Shown here piece by piece: positions 61,915 through 64,000 of a stretch of DNA of 64,000 nucleotides; position 1 is the stretch's first letter; the number at the start of each line of letters is the position of its first letter. The translations under genes were made by a program, and so were the position numbers. Under the pieces are notes generated by a model. That model saw only the letters and a program-made list of their open reading frames with translations. It was not told the origin of the DNA and made no database searches. The DNA comes from Alphaproteobacteria bacterium (GTDB taxonomy: Bacteria > Pseudomonadota > Alphaproteobacteria > GCA-2731375), in contig CBDDBZ010000026.1 in assembly GCA_965225945.1 (NCBI GenBank), positions 64,001 through 128,000 on the forward strand, in the 5' to 3' direction.

Positions 61915-63043
61915 TTAGTCCTTGGCGTAAGTATCAGCCGCTTGACTATCGAATTCGATCATCACGCAAGGTTCATCTCCAACGACTTGAGCCTGGTGGC
62001 CGGGCTTAACTTCGTATACGTCACCTGGACTCACTGTGACTTCGCTTCCATCTTCATGTTGAATCAACAATTGACCCGATTGCACCACTCCGAGATGGTG
62101 ATGCTGACAGCTGTCCGTGCCGGCGACGGGCGCGATACATTCAGACCATACCCACCCTGGCTGAGCGGTCATCCGTGCAACCTTGGTAGATCCAACCTTG
62201 CCTATCCGGTTATCACCCACACCCACTATATGTAGTGTGCACCCATTTTCCTGAGTAAAGCTCGGTGCAGGTCGAAGCGGAGATATCTCCGGCGATGCCG
62301 AGCAGGGACTCGGACGGCATTGTAGCGCCTTTTAGGCGACACTTTAGCGTGGTGGAAATCCTAATCATTGAGTCGGATTTGGCAAAACGCCACGTTGCAT
62401 AAAGGACCGTCACTTCATTGAAATTTATCTGAAATCGGAGGTGAACGACACCGATGGAATATTCCAGGAAATCAGAGCTTCATTGAATTGTAGGATTCGA
62501 GTGCCGGATTATTCACAAATAGCTCTGTGAACTGGTTTTCAAGTTCGCTCAATACGTCATATGAAGTAAACGGATTGAGGATCACGTTCTTGCGTGTCGC
62601 TTCGTCTTCGCTGCGACTCAAAACGCGCAGGAGACTAACAGGCGCGGACGGGTTCTTCGCAACGATTCGTGCCAGCGCGTCGCTTTCTTCGACTAGTGCC
62701 GTCAATCGCTCAGACGATGTCGTTTCATCAGCAGCTTCCCGTCTGGCCGTGGGTTTCTTCGTTTTTCCCTTGGTCGCCACCGTTCCGTCCCCCGATGTTA
62801 AGTACGTGACGTGAATTAAACTCCGGTTCGGTTTTCAGAACAATCAAGAATTAGCCGGATCGCCTCCTCAATGCGCCTGCGCCGGCCCTTGCCTGCAGTC
62901 CAAGGAGACACACTACATATAGTGGGTGTGGGTGATAACCGGATAGGCAAGGATCCAACCTCGACGATTTCCACAGTTGTTTTTTCCCGGCGCCGCACTT
63001 CATCCGGTGATGAAAAATCAATATTATTAACTCCTGCACTCAT
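61915..63043 (-). pseudogene. Cupin-domain gene split by the 755-bp cassette
   Basis: Removing the cassette and one TSD restores MSAGVNNIDFSSPDEVR...EIVEVGSTKVARMTAQPGWVWSECI...CQHHHLG...PGH. Confidence 0.9.
62197..62951. mobile_element. 755-bp non-autonomous TIR cassette, copy 2 (passenger ORF 62472-62780, minus strand)
   Basis: Perfect 43-bp TIR; 8-bp TSD GATCCAAC at 62189-62196 and 62952-62959; near-identical to 27473-28227. Confidence 0.95.
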
Positions 63044-63166
63044 AGAAAATCTCCCCTTGGCTCATTTGAGAAAACAGCTACACGACAATGATACTACCAC
63101 CTGACCGACCTGTCTACTCGACCGCTAGCCCTCTGTCGCTAGCCCTCGGCGCGCTCTCGTCGAACC

Positions 63167-64000
63167 TCAGTAGCTCGGCTTCAGTTTCAGATAGCGGCGG
63201 CGATCGCGCGAGGGCACGACGATCTCGACCGGCTCGCCACCGCGCCAGAGCAGCAGGGGGATCTCGGTTCCCGCCGGCCCCAGCGACCAGATCCGCCGGT
63301 ACATGTCCGCCATGTCGGCGACCGGCCGGCCGTCGACCCCGAGCACCACGTCGCCGGCGCGAATGCCGGCGCCGCGCGCCGGCCCCTCGCCCGCCACCCG
63401 CGTCACCAGGATTCGCCCCATCGCCTCGGTCGTGAACATGCCGAGCCAGGGCCGCGCCGGGCGCGGCTCCCAATCCTTGGTGATCAGGTCGGCGAGGATC
63501 GGCTTCAGGAGGTCGATCGGCACGAACATGTTGCCGGGTAGCGGCTCCGCCCCCGGCCGCGCGTTCGCCACCATCAACGAGCCGATGCCGACCAGTCGGC
63601 CCGCCGCGTCCACCAGGGCGGCGCCGGCCCAATCGCGATAGGGCGGCGCGGTGAAGATTGCGTTTTCCAGCAGGTATTCCCAATAACCGGCGAAGACCCG
63701 GCGCGAGACGACGAAGACGCCGCTCGCCGCATCCGCGCCGCCGTGGCCGACTGCCAATGCCGGCGTGGCGGCTTCGAGCGCGCTCGAATCGCCGAGGCGC
63801 ATCGCCGTCGCCTGGATCGCCCCCTCCGCCTGGAGAAGGCCGAAGCCCGTGGCCCCGTCATAGGCCACGATCTCCGCCGCGACGCGCGTGCCGGCCGAAT
63901 CGACCACCGCGACCGCGCTCGCCTCCAGGATCAGGTAGCCGATGGTCAGGATCAGGCCGTTATCGTCGATCACCACGCCATGGCCCGAGCGCTTGCGCCC
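63167..64000 (-). CDS. Trypsin-like (S1C) PDZ protein, 3' part (start lies outside the window)
   Basis: G.VID..GLILTIGYLI, GAALVD..GRLVGIGSL and a C-terminal PDZ domain. The expected catalytic His/Ser positions look substituted. Confidence 0.8.
   Translation of the reverse strand, partial: GRKRSGHGVVIDDNGLILTIGYLILEASAVAVVDSAGTRVAAEIVAYDGATGFGLLQAEGAIQATAMRLGDSSALEAATPALAVGHGGADAASGVFVVSRRVFAGYWEYLLENAIFTAPPYRDWAGAALVDAAGRLVGIGSLMVANARPGAEPLPGNMFVPIDLLKPILADLITKDWEPRPARPWLGMFTTEAMGRILVTRVAGEGPARGAGIRAGDVVLGVDGRPVADMADMYRRIWSLGPAGTEIPLLLWRGGEPVEIVVPSRDRRRYLKLKPSY

Overview
High-GC bacterial chromosomal segment. The gene content suggests an alphaproteobacterium, possibly Rhodospirillales-like (inference). 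Housekeeping genes (xseA, purD, speD/speE, recR-ybaB-dnaX-ffs, thpR, tRNA-Thr) and catabolic genes frame a region at about 11.5-43 kb that is dense in insertion sequences. All element ends and target-site duplications (TSDs) below were read directly from the sequence. (1) Two 2609-bp elements each pair a tyrosine recombinase with an IS91-type HUH/Y2 transposase, and their knockouts are complementary. (2) Two different IS1595 elements. (3) Two copies of an IS3/IS481-like element with 14-bp TSDs. (4) Three IS256 elements and one IS66. The best novelty candidate is a 755-bp transposase-less cassette present twice (27473-28227 and 62197-62951). It has terminal inverted repeats (TIRs) of up to 43 bp, 8-bp TSDs and one LRV/HEAT-like passenger gene. 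Its TIR tips match the intact IS1595 at 24756-25833 and contain an NrdR-box-like palindrome. Also seen: stacked tRNA 3' fragments, a candidate unannotated structured RNA at about 43.6-43.75 kb, a cassette flanked by a duplicated gene end, and several pseudogenes. No CRISPR array was seen. All family assignments come from motif recognition only; no database searches were run.
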